NCBI GenBank assembly: GCA_964461305.1
Contig: CAYWTV010000002.1
Location: 56,942 to 120,941 of the forward strand
From: an uncultured Peptoniphilaceae bacterium
GTDB lineage: Bacteria > Bacillota > Clostridia > Tissierellales > Peptoniphilaceae
Direction: 5' to 3'
Length of the DNA: 64,000 nucleotides
The notes under the pieces are model-generated. The model was not told where the DNA came from. It saw only the letters and a list, made by a program, of their open reading frames with translations, and ran no database searches. Both the position numbers and the translations under genes were made by a program. Each line of letters begins with the position of its first letter. Position 1 is the first letter of the stretch. Positions 20,815 through 29,846 of this stretch are shown one piece after another.

Positions 20815-21774
20815 ATGATTAAAAATAATTGGTATGCTGTACTAAATTCAAATAGTGTTAAGAAAAGTCAAGTTGTAGGTGCTAAAAGATTAAATAAAAA
20901 GTTAGCATTTTTTAGAGATAGTAAAGGAATGATTCACTGTGTAATGGATGTTTGTGCACATAGAGGAGCATCTTTATCATTAGGGAGTGTAAGTGACGAT
21001 TGTATAAAATGTCCTTTCCACGGTATAAAATATAGTGGAGATGGAAAATGTGAAGTAATTCCTTCTGAGGGGATTTCTTCTAAAAAGGATTATTCCAGAT
21101 TTAATTTAGTTCACTTTCACGTTAGGGAACTAAATGACATAATTTACTTGTGGTATGGGGATGGTGAACCTACTAAAGAAATTAATTATTTTTCTGAAAT
21201 TGAAAATATGGAATATAGCGAACTTGTAGATAATTGGAATGTTCACTATTCTAGAATAATAGAAAATCAATTAGACGTATCTCATCTTCCATTTGTTCAT
21301 CACAACACAATAGGTAGAGGTAACAAAACTTTAGTAAATGGCCCAAAGGTTAAATGGTTAGATAAATACACATTACAAACTAGTGCCAATAATGAAGTGG
21401 ATCAGGGACAAAAACCTCAAAAAAATGAGGAATCTGTAATTAAAAAAACCAATTTGACATTTAAATTTCCGAATACTTGGTTAAATACAATTTCTGAAAA
21501 AAATCGAGTTTTAGCTTATTTTGTGCCAGTAGACGAGGAAAATTCTCTCTTTTGTATTCGATTTTATACAAATCTTACAAATATAAAAATAGTGGATAAG
21601 TTTATAGCTTTTATTGGAAAATACGCAAATTATTTAGTGGAAAAACAAGACAAACGAGTTGTAGAAACACAAATTCCTAAAAAATCTGGTTTAAAGATTA
21701 ATGAAAACTTAGTTCAGGCAGATATGCCTATTATTGAATATAGACGAAAAAGAGAAGAATTAAAAAACTCTTAA
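20815..21774 (+). CDS. Rieske [2Fe-2S] non-heme-iron oxygenase-like protein (alpha-subunit/PaO-like)
   Basis: Rieske motif CAHRGASLS...CPFHGIKY. Mononuclear-iron motif NQLDVSHLPFVHH (D-x2-H-x4-H). Confidence 0.8.
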   Translation: MIKNNWYAVLNSNSVKKSQVVGAKRLNKKLAFFRDSKGMIHCVMDVCAHRGASLSLGSVSDDCIKCPFHGIKYSGDGKCEVIPSEGISSKKDYSRFNLVHFHVRELNDIIYLWYGDGEPTKEINYFSEIENMEYSELVDNWNVHYSRIIENQLDVSHLPFVHHNTIGRGNKTLVNGPKVKWLDKYTLQTSANNEVDQGQKPQKNEESVIKKTNLTFKFPNTWLNTISEKNRVLAYFVPVDEENSLFCIRFYTNLTNIKIVDKFIAFIGKYANYLVEKQDKRVVETQIPKKSGLKINENLVQADMPIIEYRRKREELKNS

Positions 21775-21858
21775 TTAGGCTTTATTAAATTACTTTAAGA
21801 AATATTAAAATCAAATTACTAGGGTAAAATAAAACTAAGAAAATCAGGAGGATTTATT

Positions 21859-22425
21859 ATGACTGCACAAATTAATAATATATTTAAATTAGATAATAGG
21901 GAATATGATATTGTAGGTTTATCTAAAGATATAGATTTTTCACCTAGGGACTTCGGACTAAAACCAGTAGCCCCTCATACAGCTGCTTGGAAAGGTTATT
22001 ATTATGAAGCTAGCATTAGGGATAATCAATTGGTAATTTTAAACTTACATGTAAATGATTATGACAATAATTATCCGGACATTAATGGAGTTATGGCAGT
22101 AGATAGGGTTTCAGAAAGTTCATTTTTCACATACTTTAATGTAAATATTCCACTGGATTATACTGGTAAAATTTTACTTGGAAATGACTTTAATAAAAAA
22201 TACTATAGACACATGGGATACCAAAGTCCCCATGGATACGAAAATCTTTTACTGATTACCTTTAAGGAAGGTAGATTTATAGATATGGAAGATCTTTCAG
22301 AAAAAGCAAAAATGGAAAGAGATGAAATAGACAACAACCCAGATGAACTAAACAGAGTAAAATCTGTGTTAAAAGACTATATAGAAAATAGTTTTTCAAT
22401 GGATATTGAGGACAAATATCTGTAA
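21859..22425 (+). CDS. Hypothetical protein (188 aa, no recognisable domain)
   Basis: Strong RBS AGGAGG 7 nt upstream. No terminator separates it from the Rieske gene, so it is likely co-transcribed. Confidence 0.6.
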   Translation: MTAQINNIFKLDNREYDIVGLSKDIDFSPRDFGLKPVAPHTAAWKGYYYEASIRDNQLVILNLHVNDYDNNYPDINGVMAVDRVSESSFFTYFNVNIPLDYTGKILLGNDFNKKYYRHMGYQSPHGYENLLLITFKEGRFIDMEDLSEKAKMERDEIDNNPDELNRVKSVLKDYIENSFSMDIEDKYL

Positions 22426-22431
22426 ATTAAA

Positions 22432-22457
22432 AGCAGCTACTTTAAATAGTAGCTGCT
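22432..22457. terminator. Hairpin terminator between convergent genes
   Basis: AGCAGCTACT / AGTAGCTGCT perfect 10-bp stem. Confidence 0.65.
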
Positions 22458-22463
22458 AAAATT

Positions 22464-24068
22464 TTATTTACTTATTCTAACTTTAAATGTATCTGGTGCC
22501 TTTTTATAAACTAAAACTAAAGCTATAATACTATAAATTACAGAAGCTCCAATAAAAATAGGTGCTACCTTTGGACCAGAAAGTCTTGCATTCATACTGA
22601 AATAACAAATGAAATATACTACAAAGTTTATAACTTGATATATTGGATGTTTAAGTTCGTGTTCGTCATTGTATGGTTGAAAAATATAGTATATAAACAA
22701 TGTATGAACTGAAAAGAACACCCAAAGTGCAATAATCTGCAAAATTACAATAAATACATCTAGAATATTAGGAGAATAAATCAATCCAATTGCTAAAAAT
22801 GCAATTATTGATATTATTAAAGACAAACTATTCCAAAGGAGTAGTTTTTTTAATCTTATTCCAAACATCTTTAGTAAATCTTTTGGTCTTCTATAAAATC
22901 CATACTGCATTAATGCTTGATCGCAATTTACAAACATAGTTCTTGTTAGAGATTCTTGAAAAAATATAAAATATGCTGCAAATGGAAGTATTCCTGGCAA
23001 AAACCTTATTACAGTTTCTCCATAATTAAATTCCGGTTCTGGAATACGATCTATTGGCAAGATAGGTAATAAGACTAATACAGCTAATATAAAAGCTGCA
23101 ATAGAAGCTTTTATTAATATAGGTTTTAATAATATTCTTCTATGTCTTTGAAAAAACAATTCATTTAACAAATCATACCCAGCTAAATCTTTTTTTAAGT
23201 GAGCTTTAGATTTTTCAAGATCTTCTTTATTTAATACAGTAGCCTTTTCTAGTTGTTTTTCTTTGGCAGATTTTTGAGAAAATCCTGTATAGTTTTCATT
23301 AAATGCCAGTAATGTCTCTGTGAATTTATTGTATTTAAATAACAAAATTAGTCCAATAATACCAAGTACTGCACTTAATATGGAAATAATACTTAAATAA
23401 TTTCCTAGTTCGATATTAAAAATAAATAGTAATACTACAACTATCATTATAAAAAATAGTGCAAAAGTACTTTGTTTTAATGTAGATTCTGTATTTATAA
23501 TTTTCTTTTCGAAAAGTTTAAAGTTTATATAATTTGCTATAAGGTTTGTAAAATACTCAGTACAAATTATTAAAAATGCAACTCTAGGATGAATGCCTAC
23601 AATTAGACCTACTAGTGTCAAAGCAAAAAACTTCCCAAGGGAATTTAAAATTTCTTTAAATACTAAATCACTAATTATAATAACCTTGGGATCCACATTA
23701 AATAAATTAAAGTGAACTAATACTCTATCTTTTTTATCTCCTAGAATAAATCTAGAAAAATCTAGAATTATCCATGGTACATAAACTTTTAAAAAAGCCT
23801 TATTAAATTCTATATTAATAAATCCAAAGCTATAAATTCCAAAAGCTACTAAGGCAAAAATCCCATAAACTAATAGAGATTTACCAAAACTAAATAACAC
23901 AACTCCCAAGGGGCTAAAAAATGTTACTATTTTTTTAATTCCACTCATTCTATAGGAAGATCCTGGAGCCAGATATTTAAGTAGTGGGATTTTTCTAAAA
24001 TAATAGAGTATTTGATTTACAATTGTTCTAACGTCTAATTCTGTACTTTTTAAGAAAAAATTAATCAT
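22464..24068 (-). CDS. Polytopic membrane protein, 'putative ABC exporter' type partner of the upstream ATPase
   Basis: 534 aa. Two blocks of TM helices are separated by a charged soluble linker (...SAKEKQLEKATVLNKEDLEKSKAHLKK...). Overlaps the ATPase gene by 8 nt. Confidence 0.65.
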   Translation of the reverse strand: MINFFLKSTELDVRTIVNQILYYFRKIPLLKYLAPGSSYRMSGIKKIVTFFSPLGVVLFSFGKSLLVYGIFALVAFGIYSFGFINIEFNKAFLKVYVPWIILDFSRFILGDKKDRVLVHFNLFNVDPKVIIISDLVFKEILNSLGKFFALTLVGLIVGIHPRVAFLIICTEYFTNLIANYINFKLFEKKIINTESTLKQSTFALFFIMIVVVLLFIFNIELGNYLSIISILSAVLGIIGLILLFKYNKFTETLLAFNENYTGFSQKSAKEKQLEKATVLNKEDLEKSKAHLKKDLAGYDLLNELFFQRHRRILLKPILIKASIAAFILAVLVLLPILPIDRIPEPEFNYGETVIRFLPGILPFAAYFIFFQESLTRTMFVNCDQALMQYGFYRRPKDLLKMFGIRLKKLLLWNSLSLIISIIAFLAIGLIYSPNILDVFIVILQIIALWVFFSVHTLFIYYIFQPYNDEHELKHPIYQVINFVVYFICYFSMNARLSGPKVAPIFIGASVIYSIIALVLVYKKAPDTFKVRISK

Positions 24069-24852
24069 TTTTATTTTCCTCTAAATTAATATTTTCTTCC
24101 AAATTTACATTTTCAACAATTATATTTTTTAAAGGATCTACATCTTCTTCTTCCAAGTCTTTACTTAAAAGACTGATAATCTCTTCTTCAAAATTAGAAT
24201 CTTTTAGTTTTTCTTGTGGAAGGGGATAAAGCTTTCCATCACTTAAAATTACAAGTTCATCACACAAGTCTGTAGCAAGTTGTAGAATATGAGTAGAAAA
24301 TAATATTATATGGTCCATTTCCATTTGCTTTAAAAGTTGTTTTATTTGAAGTTGAACAACAACATCTAAGCTGGTTAGTGGTTCGTCCATTAAAATAACT
24401 TTAGGTTTTAATAGTATAAACATGAGCATTTGGAGTTTGTTTCTAGTTCCTAGAGAATAGGTTTGAATTAGATAATCCCTTTCAAATTTATCAAAGTCTA
24501 TCCAATCGAATAATTCATCTAAGGTTCTGTTTTCATAAATTCTTTCTATATTTACATCAATAAAAAATTGTAAAAACTCTCTACCAGTTAAAAAATTCGG
24601 AAGAAGGGGATTTGCAACCATGTAAAAGAAATCTTCTTGAACAAGTGGTCTTGGAGTTCCATCAACATCTATTAAGACACTTCCTTCGTCTTCATCTTTT
24701 TTATTTGAAATAATGTCAAATAAAGTAGTTTTACCAGAGCCGTTTCTACCTAATAAAGCATAAATATTACCATCTGTAAATGTATGAGTAGTGCCCTTTA
24801 ACACTTCATTTACCCCGAAGGATTTGTGTATATTATCAATAATAAGTTTCAT
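24061..24852 (-). CDS. ABC transporter ATP-binding protein
   Basis: Walker A GRNGSGKTT, signature-like YSLGTRNKL, Walker B ILMDEPLTSLD. Acidic repetitive tail NVNLEENINLEEN. Confidence 0.9.
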   Translation of the reverse strand: MKLIIDNIHKSFGVNEVLKGTTHTFTDGNIYALLGRNGSGKTTLFDIISNKKDEDEGSVLIDVDGTPRPLVQEDFFYMVANPLLPNFLTGREFLQFFIDVNIERIYENRTLDELFDWIDFDKFERDYLIQTYSLGTRNKLQMLMFILLKPKVILMDEPLTSLDVVVQLQIKQLLKQMEMDHIILFSTHILQLATDLCDELVILSDGKLYPLPQEKLKDSNFEEEIISLLSKDLEEEDVDPLKNIIVENVNLEENINLEENKND

Positions 24853-24894
24853 TTTTCACCTCAATTAATATTATTTAATACAATTTTATGCAAT

Positions 24895-24950
24895 AATTAA
24901 AAAATTTAAAACTATAAAGAAAGATTCCTTATAGTTTTAAATTTTTAATT
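24895..24950. repeat. All-A/T 22-23 bp inverted repeat abutting the GNAT stop codon (possible minus-strand terminator)
   Basis: AATTAAAAAATTTAAAACTATAA (24895-24917) against TTATAGTTTTAAATTTTTAATT (24929-24950), with one bulged A. Confidence 0.6.
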
Positions 24951-25398
24951 ATAAATTCTTTTCCATATAGACATGGGGAGTTTTATAATAATCAAAGGAA
25001 TCGCTAATGGTCTTATAACCTAATTTTTTGTAAAACCCTTCTACACTAACTCTTCCCATAAGTTTTATCTTTTTATAATTTTTTTCTCTGATTATACTTT
25101 CTATAAAGTCCATTAAGTATTTACCTAGTCCCATTTTTTTATATTTATCTGTTACAATAACACTTTTTACTTGGGCAGTTTCTTCATCAATATGACTATA
25201 AAATACAGTAGCCATCATTTCACCATTTATAAAGCCTGCATACATATTTAAATCTTTATCTCCACTTAAATCTTCATCTCTAATATTTAGACCCTGTGGT
25301 TTTCTAAAGGCATCATTTCTAATGTCAATGGTTTTTTCGTAATCATCAGTTCCATACTCAATTTTTTTCATTGAAATTTTATCTATCACAAATATCAC
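24949..25398 (-). CDS. GNAT family N-acetyltransferase
   Basis: 149 aa. Acetyl-CoA motif KKMGLGKYL and C-terminal FYKKLGY. The start is GTG 25398 or, with better RBS spacing (AAGGTGA), GTG 25389. Translationally coupled to the upstream LtaS-like gene. Confidence 0.85.
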   Translation of the reverse strand: MIFVIDKISMKKIEYGTDDYEKTIDIRNDAFRKPQGLNIRDEDLSGDKDLNMYAGFINGEMMATVFYSHIDEETAQVKSVIVTDKYKKMGLGKYLMDFIESIIREKNYKKIKLMGRVSVEGFYKKLGYKTISDSFDYYKTPHVYMEKNL

Positions 25399-25400
25399 CT

Positions 25401-27773
25401 TTACCTTATAACTTGTAAGAAATTCGCTTTTTCTTCGTAAATAACTGTGTTGTGTTTATTTAATACTTTTTTTAAGCTTCCAGTTAAATCTTCTTTATTG
25501 ACAATTATACCATAAAGATTATGAGCATTAAGAAAATCTACTAGTTCTTCTTCTGTATAATTTAAATTGGTGGTATTTAATATTATATTTTGAAATCCAT
25601 AAGCCTGAACGAAGTAAAACTCATCAAAGTTATGGATTTCAATAATGTGATCACTTGTACTTTCCTTAATTGCATATTTTAGCTTATTGTAAAACTCGTT
25701 ATCTTCTATTTTAGTTCTAAGTAATAAAACTGCATCTTCATTTTCCTCTAACCAAAGTGAAAGCTCCTCAGAACTAGTTTTATCTTTGTTATTTAGTACG
25801 ATGTTTTCTTCATTATCTAGTGTAATATCTATAGATATATAATCAGATTGGCTTAATAAAACCTTATCTAATTCTAAAATTGTATTTTCCTTTAACTTAA
25901 CTATATTTGAGTGTAGTGAAAGGGGAGGAATTTCTAAAACAGAAAATGCTTTACCATCTTCTAAAAGTGGCTTTAGAAGATTATTTTTCAGTATAAAATT
26001 TGAAAGATTTATATCTTTTATTGCATCTTCATAAATAGGCCTATATTCACTTAGGTCTAATCTCTCCCTAGTATTTCTATCTTCCACATAAGAACTTTCA
26101 AAAATTTCAGTACTTGCCATTGAAAATAAAACATTTTCGTCAATAAAGGAGCCTTTTCTCATTATGGTTTGAGGCTTAACGTTGTTATATCCATCAAAAT
26201 TTTCTAAATCCCTACCAAAAAATACTCCTTTTTGATTTTCATATCCTAAAATATTAAGTATTGTAGGTGCAAAATCAATTAGAGACCCAACTTTGTGGTT
26301 TGTGTATCCTATGTTGGTGTTTGGAACATTTATTATTAAAGGAACATTCATTATGTGATCAAAGTTGTATTTTTCACCTAAAAATTCACCCATTAATTTC
26401 ACATCATCAGGTGAAGAATTAGGAATGGCAAAATGGTCACCGTATAGTGCAAATACTGTATTATCGTATAATCCTTCTTCTTTTAAATTTTTCATAAATT
26501 CTCCGATACATTTATCTACATAGTGGATACTATTTAAATAATCACCTAAAATTGTATCTTCGTGTTCTTCAAGTAATTTTATCTCCTTGTATTTTTCAGG
26601 CATAGTAAATGGATTGTGACTTGATAATGTAATAATAAAGGCGTAGAAAGGATTTTCATCTTTAGAATCTAACTCCTTCAAATAGTCCATTGATTGATCA
26701 AAAAAATCTCCATCAGTAATTCCAAGTTCTATAACATCTCCCACATTAAAATCCTCTTGGGAAATATATCTTTGAAAACCTTGATTGTCATATGCTTTAT
26801 TTCTATTCCAGAAAGTTTTTTCATAGCCGTGAAAAACCCACGAACTATATCCATTATCCCTTAATATCCAAGGAAGTCCGTAGAAGGTATTATCTTGAAA
26901 CTGAGTGTAGGTAGGAGATTCCATGGAAGGATGTAAACTATTATTAGTTACAAATTCTGCATCAGAAGTATTTCCTCTTCCTATTAATTGAAAATAATTG
27001 TCATAATAAATAGAACCACTATCTTCTATAAAGGCATTTAAATTAGGTGTGATTTCCTGATTATTGTAATGAAGATTTATTACAAAATTTTGTAGTGCTT
27101 CAACCTGAAAAACAATTAGATTTTTTCCATTTCCTATACCAGTATTTGGTCCATTAATTATCTTAGTTCGATTTTTTAATTCTTCTATATCTCTTTCAGA
27201 ATAAATTGATGGCTGAGTAGATATGTTATATTCTTCACCTCGAATATTTTCTATAATATCCCTAGTATGATATGTATATAGTTCTTGATATCTTAAAGAA
27301 TTAAATAAACTATTTGAAAAACCGTAAAATAAAGTTGAAACAAATACTAACAAAAGTATTCCACCAGCAAATAATTTATCTTTATTTTCAAAAAAGTCAT
27401 TAGAGAATTTATATAGATAATAGTAAACAAAAGGAAGATCAATTAAAAATAACAGTGATCTCTTAGAAATTATCGAATAAACACTATTTTGTACATTTCC
27501 TAACATTCCCACCATTTCAAAGAGTTCTACAGATGGTAAAGTGTTAAAATAACTATAATAAATCACATCTATAAACATTATTAGAGAAAGAAAAGTATAA
27601 AATATTCCTAAATATATATTTCTTCTTTTTTTATTTAATAAACTCAATAAAACTACTATCCCCAATGATAAAGAAATGGTAGTTAAAAAAACTAAACACT
27701 GATTATGTACTGCATTTGTTAAACTTAAAAAAATAAGGGTCTTAATAACTAATAAAATAGATAAGACAATCAA
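25401..27773 (-). CDS. LTA synthase (LtaS)-family sulfatase-fold membrane protein with an extra C-terminal domain of about 180 aa
   Basis: 790 aa. N-terminal TM bundle, then the sulfatase/alkaline-phosphatase-fold ectodomain (QVEALQNF, GNTSDAEFVTNNSLHP, LSSHNPF, YGDHF). TTG start with RBS GAAGGTGA. Confidence 0.85.
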   Translation of the reverse strand: MIVLSILLVIKTLIFLSLTNAVHNQCLVFLTTISLSLGIVVLLSLLNKKRRNIYLGIFYTFLSLIMFIDVIYYSYFNTLPSVELFEMVGMLGNVQNSVYSIISKRSLLFLIDLPFVYYYLYKFSNDFFENKDKLFAGGILLLVFVSTLFYGFSNSLFNSLRYQELYTYHTRDIIENIRGEEYNISTQPSIYSERDIEELKNRTKIINGPNTGIGNGKNLIVFQVEALQNFVINLHYNNQEITPNLNAFIEDSGSIYYDNYFQLIGRGNTSDAEFVTNNSLHPSMESPTYTQFQDNTFYGLPWILRDNGYSSWVFHGYEKTFWNRNKAYDNQGFQRYISQEDFNVGDVIELGITDGDFFDQSMDYLKELDSKDENPFYAFIITLSSHNPFTMPEKYKEIKLLEEHEDTILGDYLNSIHYVDKCIGEFMKNLKEEGLYDNTVFALYGDHFAIPNSSPDDVKLMGEFLGEKYNFDHIMNVPLIINVPNTNIGYTNHKVGSLIDFAPTILNILGYENQKGVFFGRDLENFDGYNNVKPQTIMRKGSFIDENVLFSMASTEIFESSYVEDRNTRERLDLSEYRPIYEDAIKDINLSNFILKNNLLKPLLEDGKAFSVLEIPPLSLHSNIVKLKENTILELDKVLLSQSDYISIDITLDNEENIVLNNKDKTSSEELSLWLEENEDAVLLLRTKIEDNEFYNKLKYAIKESTSDHIIEIHNFDEFYFVQAYGFQNIILNTTNLNYTEEELVDFLNAHNLYGIIVNKEDLTGSLKKVLNKHNTVIYEEKANFLQVIR

Positions 27774-28005
27774 AAAATCACCTTCTTAAATAATATTACA
27801 AGTTTACTCTAAATATTAAACGATGTAAAGTAATTTAAATATAGTTTTAACATAGATTTAATATCGTAACAACTTTGTAATAACTTTAAAAATTTGGTTA
27901 TAAATGTGATAGAAATATTAAAAAAGTCTTAAGTTTAACTTTGCAATCTTTACAAAAACTCAATTTTTATATACACTTTTAAATAAAAGGGGAAGGAGAA
28001 TCCTG

Positions 28006-29832
28006 GTGATTTTAATATTTTTAATATTACTAAAAACAATATTGTTTATTCACAGTACAGAAATAGAACACAATATCTATTTGGTGTTTTTTGTGTCCAC
28101 TTCTTTTTCACTTTTAGTATTTTCTTGGATATATTCTTTAAAGACTAAAAAGAAGAGACTATTTATTGGGATTTACTATACAGTAGTGTCTTTAATTTTA
28201 TTTGGAGATGTTCTTTATTATTCTCATTTCCAATCTCTCCCATCTATATCCATATTGAAGGAGATAAAGTTGCTTCCAAATGTATCTTCAAGTGTAAAAA
28301 ATTTAATAGGTTTAAGAGAGATGTTATTTATAATTGATTTGCCTATAGTTTATTATTTTTTAAAAAATAAGTGTTCAGATATTGAAAGATACATTCCAAA
28401 GAAAACTAGAAAATTAATACCTGTAAGTGTAATAATGCTTTTGATGATTTTATTTTCTTATAGTGAAGCTTATGACCTTGACAACTCTTTAAAATATCAA
28501 GAGCCATATAGTTATCATTTTAATGATGCAAAGAGACAATTGTCTCAAGTAAGGGCAACAGGATTTGATATGAAAGAAAGTAGACTTGAAGATTTAATTT
28601 CTAGAGGGAAGTTAAAAGAAGGAAACTTTACAGGGATAGGTAAGGGTAAGAATCTTATTGTTATACAAGTAGAAGCCTTACAGGAATTTCCCATTGGCAT
28701 GATTTATAATAACCAAGAAATAACGCCGAATTTAAATAAATTAATTCAAAATGATTCTAGTATTTATTACAATAACTTTTATCAATTGACAGGTAGGGGA
28801 AATACTTCTGATGCAGAATTTGTAACTAATAACAGTTTGTATCCTGGAACTGATTCGCCATCTTATTCCCAATATGAAGAAAATACATTTTATGGTCTAC
28901 CGTGGATTATGAGAGATAATTATTATAGATCTCTTGCTTTTCACGGATTTGAAAAGGACTTTTGGAATAGAGATAATGCCTATAAATCTCAAGGCTTTGA
29001 GAGATTTTATTCCCAAGAAGATTTTAAATACAGAGAAAAATTAGGATTAGGGATAAAGGATAAAGATTTTTTTATACAATCTAGTGAAATTTTGGAAAGA
29101 TATTATAAAAATGATGAACCTTTTTATGCATTTATGGTAAGTTTATCAAGTCACGATCCCTTTATTATGCCTGAAAAATACAGAAAAATAGAACTTTTTG
29201 ACAAGCACAAGGATAATATTATTGGAGATTATTTAAATTCTATTAATTATTTTGATTACTCGTTAGGAATTTTTATAGATAATCTAAAGGAAATGGGGAT
29301 ATATGAAGATACAGTAATTGCTATATATGGAGATCATTTTGGAATAAAAGAAAGTAGTGAAACTGATTATTTAATGGATGAACTATTAAATAAAGATTAT
29401 AATTACGAAGATATAATGAAAGTACCACTAATAATTTCTGTTCCTGGAGAAAAAATAAACCACGTAAATAATAATATTGGATCACAGTTAGATTTTCTTC
29501 CTACTATATTAAATATTATGGGAATAGAAAACAACAAGGGGATTGTTTTTGGTAGAGATTTAGAAAATTATCAAGGTGACAATTTTGTAGCTCCACAATC
29601 TATTATGACGGAAGGATCATTTATAAATAAAGATATAATATTTTCAGTGCCTAAAACAAGAAAACTAGAAGATAGTGAAGTTAGAGATTTAAAGAATAAT
29701 AAGCACTTAAATCCACTAAGTTATAAATTAATTTATCAAGAAATTAATAGAGAAGTTGAAGAAAGTGAATTTATTCTAAAAAACAACTTAATGAAAGATA
29801 TTTTATCTAATAAAAATACTGACTCTCAATGA
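28006..29832 (+). CDS. LTA synthase (LtaS)-family sulfatase-fold membrane protein (paralog of 25401-27773)
   Basis: 608 aa with the same motif set (QVEALQEF, GNTSDAEFVTNNSLYP, LSSHDPF, YGDHF). GTG start with RBS GGAAGGAG. Confidence 0.87.
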   Translation: MILIFLILLKTILFIHSTEIEHNIYLVFFVSTSFSLLVFSWIYSLKTKKKRLFIGIYYTVVSLILFGDVLYYSHFQSLPSISILKEIKLLPNVSSSVKNLIGLREMLFIIDLPIVYYFLKNKCSDIERYIPKKTRKLIPVSVIMLLMILFSYSEAYDLDNSLKYQEPYSYHFNDAKRQLSQVRATGFDMKESRLEDLISRGKLKEGNFTGIGKGKNLIVIQVEALQEFPIGMIYNNQEITPNLNKLIQNDSSIYYNNFYQLTGRGNTSDAEFVTNNSLYPGTDSPSYSQYEENTFYGLPWIMRDNYYRSLAFHGFEKDFWNRDNAYKSQGFERFYSQEDFKYREKLGLGIKDKDFFIQSSEILERYYKNDEPFYAFMVSLSSHDPFIMPEKYRKIELFDKHKDNIIGDYLNSINYFDYSLGIFIDNLKEMGIYEDTVIAIYGDHFGIKESSETDYLMDELLNKDYNYEDIMKVPLIISVPGEKINHVNNNIGSQLDFLPTILNIMGIENNKGIVFGRDLENYQGDNFVAPQSIMTEGSFINKDIIFSVPKTRKLEDSEVRDLKNNKHLNPLSYKLIYQEINREVEESEFILKNNLMKDILSNKNTDSQ

Positions 29833-29846
29833 GAATCAGTATTTTT

